Shown: positions 35,214-48,684 of the stretch, piece after piece
How the letters are laid out: every line of letters starts with the position of its first letter
Position numbering within the stretch: position 1 is the stretch's first letter
Assembly: GCF_963921235.1 (NCBI RefSeq)
Contig: NC_086097.1
Span: 109,184,001 to 109,248,000, forward strand
DNA length: 64,000 nucleotides
Source: Mobula hypostoma
Taxonomy: Eukaryota
Direction: 5' to 3'
The notes under the pieces: model-generated
Database searches by the model: none
What the model was told of the DNA's origin: nothing
Seen by the model: the letters and a program-made list of their open reading frames with translations, nothing else
Program-made: the position numbers and the translations under genes

Positions 35214-37363
35214 TAAAGGATTGACGGTGGATATGCAATGGCAAGCATTTAAAGGTTGCATGGATGAACTACAACAATTGTTCATCCCAGTTTGGCAAAA
35301 GAATAAATCAAGGAAGGTAGTGCACCCGTGGCTGACAAGAGAAATTAGGGATACGATCAATTCCAAAGAAGAAGCATACAAATTAGCCAGAGAAAGTGGC
35401 TCACCTGAGGACTGGGAGAAATTCAGAGTTCAGCAGAGGAGGACAAAGGGCTTAATTAGGAAGGGGAAAAAAGATTATGAGAGAAAACTGGCAGGGAACA
35501 TAAAAACGGACTGTAAAAGCTTTTATAGATATGTAAAAAGGAAAAGACTGGTAAAGACACATGTTGGTCCCCTGCAGACAGAAACAGGTGAATTGATTAT
35601 GGGGAGCAAGAACATGGCAGACCAATTGAATAATTACTTTGGTTCTGTCTTCACTAAGGAGGACATAAATAATCATCCAGAAATAGTAGGGGACAGAGGG
35701 TCCAGTGAGATGGAGGAACTGAGCGAAATACATGTTAGTAGGGAAGTGGTGTTAGGTAAATTGAAGGGATTGAAGGCAGATAAATCCCCAGGGCCAGATG
35801 GTCTGCATCCTAGAGTGCTTAAGGAAGTAGCCCAAGAAATAGTGGATGCATTAGTGATAATTTTTCAAAACTCGTTAGATTCTGGACTAGTTCCTGAGGA
35901 TTGGAGGGTGGCTAATGTAACTCCACTTTTTAAAAAAGGAGGGAGAGAGAAACCAGGGCATTCTAGACCGGTTAGCCTAACGTCGGTGGTGGGGAAACTG
36001 CTGGAGTCAGTTATCAAGGATGTGATAACAGCACATTTGGAAAGCGGTGAAATGATTGGACAAAGTCAGCATGGATTTGTGAAAGGAAAATCATGTCTGA
36101 CGAATCTCATAGAATTTTTTGAGGATGTAACTAGTAGAGTGGATAGGGGAGAACCAGTGGATGTGGTATATTTGGATTTTCAAAAGGCTTTTGACAAGGT
36201 CCCACACAGGAGATTAGTGTGCAAACTTAAAGCACACGGTATTAGGGGTAAGGTATTGGTGTGGGTGGAGAATTGGTTAGCAGACAGGAAGCAAAGAGTG
36301 GGAATAAACGGGACCTTTTCAGAATGGCAGGCGGTGACTAGTGAGGTACTGCAAGGCTCAGTGCTGGGACCCCAGTTGTTTACAATATATATTAATGACT
36401 TGGATGAGGGAATTAAATGCAGCATCTCCAAGTTTGCAGATGACACGAAGCTGGGTGGCAGTGTTAGCTGTGAGGAGGATGCTAAGAGGATGCAGGGTGA
36501 CTTGGATAGGTTGGGTGAGTGGGCAAATTCATGGCAGATGCAATTTAATGTGGATAAATGTGAAGTTATCCACTTTGGTGGTAAAAATAGGAAAACAGAT
36601 TATTATCTGAATGGTGGCCGATTAGGAAAAGGGGAGGTGCAACGAGACCTGGGTGTCATTATACACCAGTCATTGAAAGTGGGCATGCAGGTACAGCAGG
36701 CGGTGAAAAAGGCGAATGGTATGCTGGCATTTATAGCGAGAGGATTCGAGTACATGAGCAGGGAACTACTACTGCAGTTGTACAAGGCCTTGGTGAGACC
36801 ACACCTGGAGTATTGTGTGAAGTTTTGGTCCCCTAATCTGAGGAAAGACATCCTTGCCATAGAGGGAGTACAAAGAAGGTTCACCAGATTGATTCCTGGG
36901 ATGGCAGGACTTTCATATGAAGAAAGGCTGGATGAACTGGGCTTGTACTCGTTGGAATTTAGAAGATTGAGGGGGGATCTGATTGAAACATATAAGATCC
37001 TAAAAGGATTGGACAGGCTAGATGCAGGAAGATTGTTCCCGATGTTGGGGAAGTCCAAAACGAGGGGCCACAGTTTGAGGATAGAGGGGAAGCCTTTTAG
37101 GACCGAGATTAGGAAAAACTTCTTCACACAGAGAGTGGTGAATCTGTGGAATTCTCTGCCACAGGAAACAGTTGAGGCCAGTTCATTGGCTATATTTAAG
37201 AGGGAGTTAGATATGGCCCTTGTGGCTACGGGGGTCAGGGGGTATGGAGGGAAGGCTGGGGCGGGGTTCTGAGTTGGATGATCAGCCATGATCATAATAA
37301 ATGGCGGTGCAGGCTCGAATGGCCTACTCCTGCACCTATTTTCTATGTTTCTATGTTTCTATG
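35214..37363 (+). mobile_element. Young 5'-truncated CR1 inserted into a V-SINE
   Basis: Near-identical to 21185-23327; (TTTCTATG)3 tail. Confidence 0.95.
35221..37272 (+). pseudogene. CR1 ORF2 RT domain, open for 683 codons but lacking the endonuclease and promoter
   Basis: YLDFQKAFDKVPH, QGSVLGP and KFADDTK, with no stops. Confidence 0.9.
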
Positions 37364-37590
37364 TAAGCCCTCCGAGCTTCGCTGTTCAGCAACCTGAGTT
37401 AATCCGAGCCTAATCATGGGACAAAACCCAATGAACAGTTAACCTACCCATTGGACTGTGGAAGGAAACCGGAGCACCTGGAGGAAGCCCATGTGGTCAA
37501 AGGGAGAACATACAAACTCCTGACAGGCAGTGCCAGGGACTGAACCTGGGTCGCTGGTACTGTGAAGCGTTGTACTAACTATTGTGATAT
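37364..37590 (-). mobile_element. HE1-like tRNA-derived V-SINE (its tail lies at about 35185-35213)
   Basis: GGAAACCGGAGCACCTGGAGGAAGCCCA core; aligns with 59732-60012 when the CR1 is removed. Confidence 0.75.
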
Positions 37591-37894
37591 ACTGTTCATC
37601 AACATCTATGTTTATTCTCTCACAAGGTACAAAATCCTGGACTTAGTTCCACTGACCTTCTTTTACCACTAGTGTGACTGACCACTGGTGGACCAGGGCA
37701 GAACAGTAATGATTTGAACTGAGGTGCCAGGTACATTTCACATCTGGCTACTCAACTTTATAGCAGCCTGGCTAGAACACCCCATTCGTTTTAATTAAGG
37801 TTTCAACCTTGAGCATAAAGATAAATGTAGGAAAATGCACTGTATATTTTTCTTTGTTTTACTCTTAAGTTAATTTAAATTAATTATCAATTAC

Positions 37895-38325
37895 AGGTAG
37901 TTACTGCCTGTAATGCCTCTGACATTCATGGCAACAATGAAGGTCCTCCATCTCTGTCTGTCCTTGGCCATCTTGGTCTTGGAGGTGTTCAGGGCTTCCT
38001 TCATCATGCCAGTACTTCATCTCAGTCTTCACTGTCAGTCATGCAAATCCTGGGAGGAGACTCAGGAATACCGGTGCACACAGACCCTTCATTGCTGTTT
38101 CTGAAACAGTTTTGTTTTATCAGTCAGGGTCGTTAGCTCTGAGCGGAACCCCTGAACCTGGAGGTCTGGTGGACCACTCTTAGTCTGGCCTTCTCCCTTT
38201 GATCTGTTTGGCATGGATTTAGCAGTTCAAGTACAAGGCCTTAACTCCAGCCAACATATCTCTTCGGATCATTGAGACACACAAGCCTCCAAACCCTATG
38301 ACAAGGTTGTGATCCTCTTGGAGGA
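37895..38325 (-). mobile_element. Non-autonomous bipartite RTE-derived element, copy B
   Basis: Aligns with 10554-10924 and has the same 5' terminus TCCTCCAAGAGGATCA; RTE-type GCTAACGACCCTG hairpin and RTE 3' end. Confidence 0.75.
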
Positions 38326-39734
38326 TTAGTTATCAGTACTTAAAGTTGTAAATATTATCCTATTGTTGAGATTATATAAAACTACATTTTAACTTTTTTA
38401 AAAAGTAAAGAAAACAGCTCATGGTCTGTTGACAGCAATGAGTCCTCACTTCATTCCCTAGTCACTGCTCATTGCCTGCTCTGCTTTATAGGACATAGAA
38501 ACAGAGAATCAGCTTGGTCAGGCGTCTTGTTTCCAGATCCAGTTAGTGTGGTTGGGCTGGGGAGGGGGATGGTTGGGTGATGACCTGAATGTTATACAGT
38601 GTAGCTCATTGTATTAACTTGTTGCTGCATTCCTTCCCTATTAGCTCTCATAACCATAACCAGAATATGACACTGATGTCTGCTTCTTTCTCTTGCAGGG
38701 TCAGACGTGCAGCCTGCCACTGGAAACTAGCGCCCTCGTGCTTGTTCAGATTGTCAGTTTTTTTTCCGTACAAAGTCTGGCTGACAGATGAAAGCTTGAA
38801 CTGTGTTTCAAGTACTGCTCTTCCCATTGACCATTTTAAAAAGACTTACAGCTAAATTCACTGTTTTTTTTATTTAAGGTGTTCATCATTTTTGTTTAAC
38901 ATTGCATTATTTTTGGAGAGGTAAAAATAGTTCTCCATGTTTTTACTTTTTCTTTTAAGTCTGGGCCCTAATTCTCCCATTGTAATAACTGGTGTTTTAA
39001 AGTGTTATCCTGATGGCAGATCTTAGGAATTAAACTTGAATGCGTAAATGCTATGAAGCTATGTTAGAAATATTCATTGAATGCTGGTAAAGCACAAAGA
39101 GTGGAATTAAGGATAGCACAATGTAACATTTGTGTGTTATGCTATATTGATGCTTCTCTGCCAGAAAAATTTCTTTAGAACCGTACTGTAGCATATGTAG
39201 GAATAAAAGATTCAAGTAGAACCTTTTTTCATGAAATAGCACCATCTTCCTACCAGTTTAAGCTGGAAATACAATTTGATTTACTCTATTCACTTATATA
39301 ACACTACTATATCATTTTGGAATCATTTTGTGTCCTTATTTGCAAAACTATAATTGACTTATTCATTTCATTCCTAAACCCACCACTTCCACCTCTGATA
39401 TCATCACATCTCGACTTACTTGCTTTTGAAACCCATGTCTTTGCAAATGCTGTCCCACAAGTTTTAGTAAACACAAGATCATCCAAAACATTTCTGCTTG
39501 TTTCCTGATTGGAAAGTCCTGCTCGCCATTCCTGCTGTGACCTCTGCTCCCAGTTCTGGCAGAATGCTGATTTCAGTACTTGTGTCCACCATGACCTCCC
39601 CACCTATGACCATTAGGATCTCTGTACTTCTCAAATTTTAATGATTTAAGCATAATTAGGAATAAAAAATTGCAGATGGTGGAAATCTGAAATAAAAACA
39701 GAAATTGCTCTATAAACATTCAGCAGGAACTGGT

Positions 39735-39973
39735 TCAGACAAATGGTCCTGGGCGGGAGGGAACGTTGATCTGGACCATGAGAGGCCTGCGCCAGGCATT
39801 TTCATGCCTTACAAGGCGCAGATTGGAAGTCTGTGTGGGGCGCCACTCCTCGCAGACACTAGAACAATGAGTCTTGCTCAAGGACACAAACACGCTGCCA
39901 CAGCTGAGGCACGAACCAGCGACCTTCAGCTCACTAAACAAACACCTTAACCACTTGGCCAAGCGTCCAACAC
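39735..39973 (-). mobile_element. tRNA-derived SINE
   Basis: Reverse complement has A box TGGCCAAGTGG, B box GGTTCGTGCC, then the GTGTCCTTGAGCAAGAC core. Confidence 0.8.
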
Positions 39974-40479
39974 GTGCCCTGGGTCTACAGTAACTGTTCC
40001 TCTTTTCACTGAGTTTGCTGTATTAATTATTCCATCTGTCTCTGCGGTGTAAGCTGCCAAGACCTAGAACACTACAGTTGTTTTCCTTACCCCACCAATC
40101 CACCCTCCTCTTCTCTAACCCCCCCCCAAAAATACTTATATTATCAACATGTTTTTTATCTGCCCTATTTATGTGATCTGATGTCTTTGTCACATTTCAC
40201 TTGTTAACATTTCTATGAAATATTTTACAACATTAAAAGCACTAGATTAAAGTTGATGTTCATATACATTATTTTTGAGAGACAACACACTAACTTTGCA
40301 TAAATGGACTTTGAATCATTGTAATCTCTGAGGTTGAGATGTAGGATAAAATGCTCCAGGATTTTCACTCAAGGTATATCAAAGAAGCCTGAAGATTGCT
40401 ACAGGGCATTTTGTAGATAACAGTAGTGGAGAATGTGAAAGTTTTAAATGCTGGATGACCTGGTCATAAAGTGGGCTGG

Positions 40480-41690
40480 TTTAGAACATAGATCAGTATG
40501 CAGCACAGGAACAGGGCTTTTGGCCCACTACATCTGCACAGATAAACTAAATAATCCCATCTGCTTTATCCATATCCCTCTGCCTGCTCATGTGCGTGTC
40601 CAGATGCCCAGGAAACATTGCAATTGTATCTGCCTTTACCACCTTTCCTGGCAGTCTGTTGCAGGCACCTGCCACTATCTGTGTAAACAGAAGCTTGCCT
40701 CGTAAATCTTTAAAATTCTGCCCCCGCCCCTTAAACCTATGCCCTCTAGTATTTGATGTGGATACGTTGGGGGAAAAGGCTCTGATTATTTATCAGAAAT
40801 TCTTCTCAGAATTTTATATGCTTCTATCAGATCGCTCCTCAGCTTCCAACACTCCACACAAAACTATCCAAAATTTGTCTAACCTCTCCCTATTTAAGCT
40901 TTAATCTGATTAACCTCTTCTTGTGCCTCACCAAAGCTCCCACCTCCTTCCTATAGTGTGGTGAGCAGAAATTGAGACAACACTCCAAAGATTTATGCAA
41001 CTACAACACAATTTCCCAATTTTTTAAGTCGCGCACACAGTCTGTTTTCTTTATCACTCTATCCACTTGTGTTGTCACTGCAGGGAGCAAAAGGCTTGCA
41101 CTCCAAGATCTTTCTGTAAATCAATGCTCCTGAGGATCATGCCATTTACTATATAGTTTCCCCCTTACATTTAACCTCCCAAATGCATCGCCTCACACTT
41201 GGCCAGACTGAGCTCCTCCTGCCATTTCTCCAACCAGGTTTCCAACTGATACTGTTCCTGCTATGTCATTTGACAACCTTCCTCAATATCCTCAACTTCA
41301 CAAATGTCCATATTGAGTGCAAACTTACTCATCAATCTCCTGACATTTTCAATCTAATGATTTATAGATATAGTATATTACAAACAACAGTGGTCCCAGC
41401 ACTGATACATGTCTAACACCACTGGGTACAGACCTGCAGTCAGAAAAAAATACTCCTTCATCACAGCACTCCATCTTTTATCTTTCATAACCAACCTAAT
41501 TTTGTATACAATTTACAGTAGATCCCATGTGACTTAATCTTCTGGAACTTTTCAAATGTTTTATTCAAGTCTGTGTACCCTCATCAATCACCTTTGTCAA
41601 ACCTCAGGAAACTCGATCAAATTTGTGAGACAGGACCTCAGCTCCACGCCTCCCCACAAAAAAAAGCTTATACTAACTTTTTCAAATGGG
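40480..41690 (-). mobile_element. Old CR1 fragment
   Basis: Decayed RT and 3' UTR similarity (CCTTAAACCTATGCCCTCTAG, GTGGTCCCAGCACTGA). Confidence 0.65.
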
Positions 41691-44434
41691 AGTAAATCCC
41701 GGATAGCATCATGCTGCTTGAGTTTTGACACAAATGCAGGTAAATGAAGTGTTTTCCACCATTCTCCTGATGAACTCTATTGATGGTGAAAAAGATTTGT
41801 GGTATTGGAAAATGGGGAAAAAAAACAACATTCAACTTTTTCTGGCTAGAGTAATTATATGTCATGTCCAATTTGATTTTGGGTCAGCGTTGAGAACAAG
41901 ATACTGATCAGAGTGGGTGTAGTAGTGAGAAATACTTAGTATTTCTCATTAGCTAGCAAATGTGTGCCCCTGTTATCGTTCATAGAGCAATTGAGCGTTT
42001 CTTTCGAGCAATCCAGTTAGCTCTATCCCCATGGCCCTTCAAATCCATTTCCACAAGTACTTATCTAATTTGCTTTGAAATCATTGATTGTCTCAGCTTT
42101 TATCACCCTCTCAGACAGTGAAATCCATATCACTATAATTCACTGTGTAAAAAAAAGTTTCTTCTCAATTCCCCCCACACCTTATTGATTTTACTTATGA
42201 AGCCAAAAATTGTATATACTGTAATTTGCTAAATATGCTCTCAACATGTCTGCCATTCTCAAAGATCGATGCACTTGATCTCAGTTTTTGTCATGAAATT
42301 GGGCATTCATGTGTCTTTATCTTCATTTTCTAATTGCTCTTCATGTAAAGCTAAGTAATTGTGGCTATGACAAACTATTTAGATCGAGAACACTGAACCA
42401 AGTTCCTGACATGCACATCTAAAGCATTTACTATAGGATTCTGTGAAGAAATACAATTAGTAAAGACAGTTCTCTCTGCATTTTCCAGGAAAACAAAATT
42501 TTACCTTTTAAAAAAAATCATTATGGAAAATCATGATTTTCTTGGAACATTCATTGTCATTGGAGAAGGTGGCTAGTAAAACAGTACTTCAGCTTAATTG
42601 TTACATCTGCCTTTTTCCTCAATGCGCAATGAAACTGCTTTAACTCAAACTCCATTGATTGTAGTTGCCCAAATACATAGCAACTCCATGCCTGAAATGA
42701 CCTGGATCTGTAGGTTGTTTTAGTTACAGCTTGAGAATATTATTCATACTAAAGTTACATTGTCTGTTTGTCGTTTGCCAAGATTGCTTGATCACCTATA
42801 ATCTTTAGCATGTCGTTGATGTAAATTGTCAATGTTAACCACTACACTGTATGTCTTCTACAACAATATTCTAAATAGTAAGTGTGGATGATTAACTAGC
42901 ACTACATTGCGCAATACGTGTCAAGACAATAAGATTTGCCATTAACTGCAGATTCGTCACCACCACCACAGTGATGTAGAAATGATCACTTTCAACTGTA
43001 TACTAATGAAATGATTAACAAAGTCTATAGTAAGGAGACTCTTTTCAAGATATTCTACTTTTGTCCAATAAATGCTGTTGAACATTTAAAATGCAAAACT
43101 AGTAAGAAAATAGAAGCCAACAGTAGACAATAAGAATTAAGATTCTAGTTGGTGCCACACTTAATTCATGCATTCCACTGTTCCATCTCTGGATACTGTA
43201 AGAATTATTAAAAGATATCAATGTTATTCGTGGACTTAATGAAGTCAAAAGTAAAAGTAATGTTTGAAATCATACTCCTTGAGGACTTTAGTGAAGAATA
43301 CTAATTTAGTTACTTGCTAAAATACACAAGTTGTTCCTGTGGTGGAATGTAGCTGGCTTAAAATTTTAGGCACAGTAAAATTTATCACCTATCACAACAT
43401 TTATGTGCACTACTTGGTCAGGGACATAGCACATTAATCCCAACATTAGTGAGTTTGCTTCTGGGTTCTCATCCTGTGTGTGGATGCCATTGGACAAGCC
43501 GTATAGCATGCATTTAACATGTGATGATTCTTGTAAGTAAAAGTTTATTGATTAGTGCAGCTTTTCATCGGCCCCGTGCACTCCATCCATTCTAATTCTC
43601 AAACTTAACTTGGCAAATCTCAAACAGCAGCTTGTGTGATCTCCCTTGAATTCGACTTTAAGGTCATGGTCAACCCCACTAATGCCTGACTCATATACCT
43701 GACTCATTTCCTACTGCCAGAGATGTCCTTTCTGCAACATTTACAAACCCAGCCTGTACTCATATCTTTCTTGCTTTCCACTGCTCCTCAGCAATACAAG
43801 AAAACTTAAGTAAAATATGTTCTTTTTCACACTCTGCTTTGATTACTCAGTTTTACTTCAGAGTAGCAAATCCACACACATAGTAACAGTGGCCCTTTTA
43901 ACCCATGAATTCTAAACTATTATTCCCCTCAGTTTTATTGTGATATCTTGCAAGTCCTGATCAAAACCTTAGCTTAAAAACAACAAGCTGAATTTTATAT
44001 GAACATCTGATAATCGAGAGGAAACACATACATGCAGTGGTGTTCTGGAAAATATACTGAAGCAGTTTGGATATTATCTAAAACCCTAATGTTACGCTGT
44101 GTTTCCTAAATGGAAAGATAGCTAAAAGAAACATTTCTTTTGTGCTGTTGATTTGAAGTGAGACATCCCTGATATAATTAACCATTTGTTGGGACTTTTC
44201 ACTCTGATATGTATAATAGATATGTCTGAGTGAAGATTAATGGTTGCATAGTTATATTCACTTGGGACTGGATAAATAAGTGATCATTTATCTCTCTGAG
44301 CAGATGCACACGATACAGCAGAAATGTTAGGAATTGTTATAACGATATTGTTACATAGGATGTTAATATTTTTAGCTCTATTATATGTAAATAGGTTAAG
44401 TGTTTGCGTATTGGATAATGTCTTGATGTTACCA

Positions 44435-45865
44435 CTCCAGTCTTGCAGATGATACCAAGACTGGTGGAGTTGTGGTTAGTGTAGAAGACTGATAAAGAAT
44501 ACAGCATGATATAGATTAGTTGCAGATATGGGCAGAGAAATGGCAGATGGAGTTTAACCCTGATAACTGCAAGGTGTTGTACATAAGAAATAGGAGCAGG
44601 AGTAGGCCACTTGACCCGTTGAGCCTGCTCTGCCATTCAATAAGATCATAGCTGATCTGACCATGAACTCATTTCCACCTACCTGCCTTTTTCCCCATAA
44701 CCCTTAATTCCCCCCTACTATGCAAAAATCTATCCAACCTTGTCTTAAATATATTTACTGAGGTACCCTCCACTGCTTCATTGGGCAAGGAATTCCACAG
44801 ATTCACCACTGTCTGAGAAAAGCAGTTCTTCCTCATCTTCATCCTAAATTGACCCTCCCAAATCTTGAGGTTTTGTCCCCTAGTTCTACTCACAAGAGCA
44901 AACAATTTTCCCACCTCTATCTTATCTATGCCTTTCATAATTTTATGTTTCTATAAGATCTTCTCTCATCCTTCCAAATTTCAGCGAGTACAGTCCCAGG
45001 TGACTCAACCTCTCCTCGTAGTCTAATCCTTCATCTCTGGAATCAACCTGGTGAACCTCCTCTGCACCACCTCCAAACCTCCAAAGCCACCTTGGTAGGG
45101 CAAATGCAAGGAGACAGTACTCTGCTAAGGACAATACCCTTAACAGTGTTGCTGAGCATGGAGATCCTGAGGTCGAAGTTCATGGCTCCATGAAAGTGGT
45201 TCAGAAGGCTTTTGGAATACTTGCTTTTATTAGTTGATGCATTGAGTTCAAAAGTCAAGGCTTTATGTTGGAACTTTATAGAACTTTGGTAAGGCCACAT
45301 CTGGAGTATTACATACAGTTCTGGTACCCCACCATAGGAAGGATGAGGAGGATTTGGAGAGCGTGCAAAAGAAGTTTACCAGGATGCTGCCTCGTTTAGG
45401 GGGCATTTGCTATCGTGAGAGGTTGGACAAACTTGCGTTCTTTTCTTTGGATCAGTGGAAGCTGAGGGCAGATCTGATAAAAGTTTATAAGATTATGAGA
45501 GATATAGATAGAGTAGACAGGGTGTAGCTTTTTTCCCTGCGTTGAAATGTCTAATATCAGAGGGCATGCATTGAAGGTGAGAGGGGGTAGGTTCAAAGGG
45601 AATATAGGGGGTAAGTTTTTAATTCAGAGTGGTGGATGCATGGAATGCACTGCCTGGTGTGGTGGTAGAGGCAAATACTTTAGAGGGTTTTAAGAGATAT
45701 TTAAATAGGCACATGGATATAAAGGGGGTGGAGGGACATGGACATTGTGAACAGAGGAGGGATTAGTTTTTGTGGGTTTTTGATTTACTGTTTAGCTGAT
45801 TCAGCACAGCATTAAGGGCTGAAGAACCAGTTCCTGTGCTTTACTCTTCTATGTTTTATATTCTA
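44435..45865 (+). mobile_element. CR1 3' fragment with an opposite-strand CR1 nested at about 44581-45087
   Basis: + strand LQIWAEKWQMEFN...LVRPHLEY; - strand EERLSHLGLYSLKFGRMREDLIET. Confidence 0.8.
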
Positions 45866-47369
45866 AAGTGTGGGAAGTGAGTGGATTAAAAACATGGAAT
45901 TTTGATTTGTGATTAATGCAATGGTATCATTTTTATAACTTGTGGTTTAAAATATTTTTAATCAATTGATTCTAAATGAGTAATGGAGCATTGGGAAGAT
46001 TTGCCATCAATCCACCATATATCCAGTGATTGCACAGAAATAATAAGGACTAATAGACCTTTCTCATGGATGAACTCTAAAACTGCACAGGTTAGTTTTC
46101 TTTGTGGTCTTTTAATGCCCAGTTACTGCAATTCGCTCTTTAGGGAAAGCAAAACCAAGTTGCATCTTATTGAGAACAGGAGAACAGTTTTAATGTTACT
46201 TGAGAAACTGTTGGACGACACAAGATGGCAATTCATTCAGCAGCAAAGTTCAAGGAAAATGCCCACTATAAGGAAAATCTGACTTAACTTGGTGTGGTAG
46301 CAAATGTTGATACTTATATGACAGTCTTTCCTTATTCTGATAAGTCCTTCATAGCATTTGCAAATTAGTTGCTGAGTTTTACACAATAAAATCTTTTTTT
46401 ATATATATAATTTATCTTCTATACTGGATATATACTCCATTTCAAGATCTTAAGCTAATTAGATCTATTCAACACTCAACACTTACCAGGTTTATTTTAT
46501 AAGTGAACCACTTTAATGAGTGCAGATTTGCTCCACAATTTTGCTTAAGTGCACTTTCATTTATCCGCGATGATGAAGTGGCAGTGTTTGTATTTTTGGT
46601 ATCTTAGATAAATGGAATGTTGATAGGGGCTACAGAGGAGTAGCTGCCTGAAAGAACAACATATTAAAATATCATAGCCAGTATGGTATGTGTGCTTCAA
46701 ATCTAAAAGTCTCCTATAACATACTACTGGATGCACCAGTTACGTGTTTGCAGTTTTCCCTTGCTTGAACAGTTCAGAATTCACTGCTTCATATGTAATG
46801 TTAGTTATCGTAGAAAACAGTTGAATAGTTCCCCCCCCCCCCCACTGTAAATCATAAGGCTGGTGAGAAATATGTTCGTTGGCTGTGTATACCTGTTTGT
46901 CATGCTCAATAGTTAACATATGAAAAACAAGGTCTCGCTCATTCGACAGAGTAAAAATGCACAAGGTAAACCCTGCTTATCGTTCCTGTCTCCACATTCT
47001 CATATTGTGTGTCGCATGTGCATATTCAGTCTTGTTCTTCATGTCATTCGATGATGAAATTGGATTCTGAATGCATTTCTTTTGTGTGGCTATCCCATCG
47101 TGTAATGTGAAAATAAACTCTGTGGAAACTGGCTGTCTGTAGTGATTTGTTTGATTTAATTGTCTTTTGAGTTATGCAAGTAAATCTGAAATGCCAGTTC
47201 ATAGCTAGTAGTTTTGAAATGGAATAATGGAATCAGCTCTATAAGAATGGGATTTGGCTGCGTTCAGAGACAGAGCTCCATGTGGCAGGTGATGTAACTG
47301 ATAAGTAGCTTCAGGTGAGCATATCTACTACCATGGTTTGATAGCTAATATAACAAAGGAAAATAGAAC

Positions 47370-48185
47370 TTTAAGCAACACACACAAAACTCTGAAGGAA
47401 CTCAGCAGGTCAGGCAACGTCCATGGAAATGAATAAACACTCAATTCCCTTAAAAGATCCATCATTAAGGACCCCCATCACCCAGGACAACATGTCTTCT
47501 TCTCATTGCTACCATTAATGAGGAGGAGGTACAGAAGCCTAAAGTCGCACACCCACATTTCAGGAACAGCTTCCTCCCCTCTGCCATCAGATTTCTCAAT
47601 GGACATTGAAACCATGAACACTACCTCACTACTTTTTTTACACTACTTATTTATTATATATATATATTTACCATAATTCACATTTTTATTAATATGTATT
47701 GAAATGTTCTGCTGCCACAAAAACAACAAATTTCAAGGCCGATATTGTTGATATTAAACCTGATTCTGATGTTTTGAAGAAGGAGGAATCTGATAGGAGA
47801 GAACCGTGAATCATGGAATAAAGGGAAAGAGGAGGGATTCCAGACTGAGGAGATGGGCAGATGAGGAGAAGGGGTGAGGGGTAACCAGAATGGGAAATGG
47901 TAAAAGAGAGTGGGGGGGGGAGGAAAGAGAGGAATTACCAGGAGTTAGAGAAATCGCTGTTCATACCATCAGGTTGAAGGCTACCCAGATGAAATATGAG
48001 CTGTTACTCCTTCAGCTTGAGTTTGGCCTCATCAGGGCAGTAGAGGAGGCCATGAACAGACAAGTGAAAATGGGAATGGAAAGTTGAATTGAAATGAGTG
48101 GTCACCAGGAGAGCGTTTTTTTTTACAGGGGACAGAATGAAGGTTCTCTATGAAGCAGTCCCATGATCTACACTGGGTCTCAACT
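47370..48185 (-). mobile_element. Penelope-like relic with a Rex1-like 3' tail nested at about 47445-47770
   Basis: GIY-YIG end on - (KLKE*QLIFHLGSLQPDGMN); on + IIKDPHHPG...RRYRSLK...FRNSFLPSAIRFLN. Confidence 0.75.
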
Positions 48186-48684
48186 GGAGATGCTTAGAAG
48201 TCATGGTCAGTGAAATAAGGTTGCTAGACTAATTAATATTAATTAAGTAAAAGAATGGGGAGCAATTTAAAGATAATTCTTGGTAATGACAGCTTGAAAA
48301 CGTGAAAAGCACCTCACATGCAATGTGGGAAGCAAGACACATTTCCAGCATCGAGGCCCTACATTTAATGGTATTGCGACATGGCATAAAAAATGTTGGG
48401 AGTCCCTAAATTCTAGAGTGAACAATTGTGCAGGAAATATCTCTAAATCCTCTCACTGGAAGTCTACATTTATGAGCTGGTACTATGACCGGAATCACTG
48501 GTGAGCATCAACGAGGCCAAGATCTTCATAGATAGCACAAAAAAATGTACAGATTGAAAGCAAATAAATGATCTCCAGGCTACAGAAGAATAAGGAGATT
48601 TGAACAGGTCAGAATTCACTGTTTCATAGGTGATGTCACTTATTGTAGAAAACGAGGAAGAAGTAGTCAATAATTTGAATTGTA

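Noticed and set aside
38577..38676. C/D box snoRNA (GTGATGA...CTGA)
   Set aside because: No terminal stem; the 10-nt 18S-complementary stretch is not adjacent to a D box; the D box is too close to the putative 3' splice site.
38725..38745. CTCF site (CTAGCGCCCTCGTGCTTG)
   Set aside because: Only half of the core matches the consensus.
39900..39973. tRNA gene
   Set aside because: A and B boxes are present but continue into a SINE body; no complete cloverleaf.
41745..41805. CTGATGA...GAAA as an additional hammerhead
   Set aside because: Helix I cannot be formed and helix II is weak; an alternative simple hairpin explains the complementarity.
44196..44240. Hairpin TTCACTC...GAGTGAA as a pre-miRNA
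   Set aside because: The stem is only about 14 bp in AT-rich sequence, compatible with chance.
46579..46600. miR-34/449-like TGGCAGTGT
   Set aside because: Only 9 nt match and there is no precursor hairpin.
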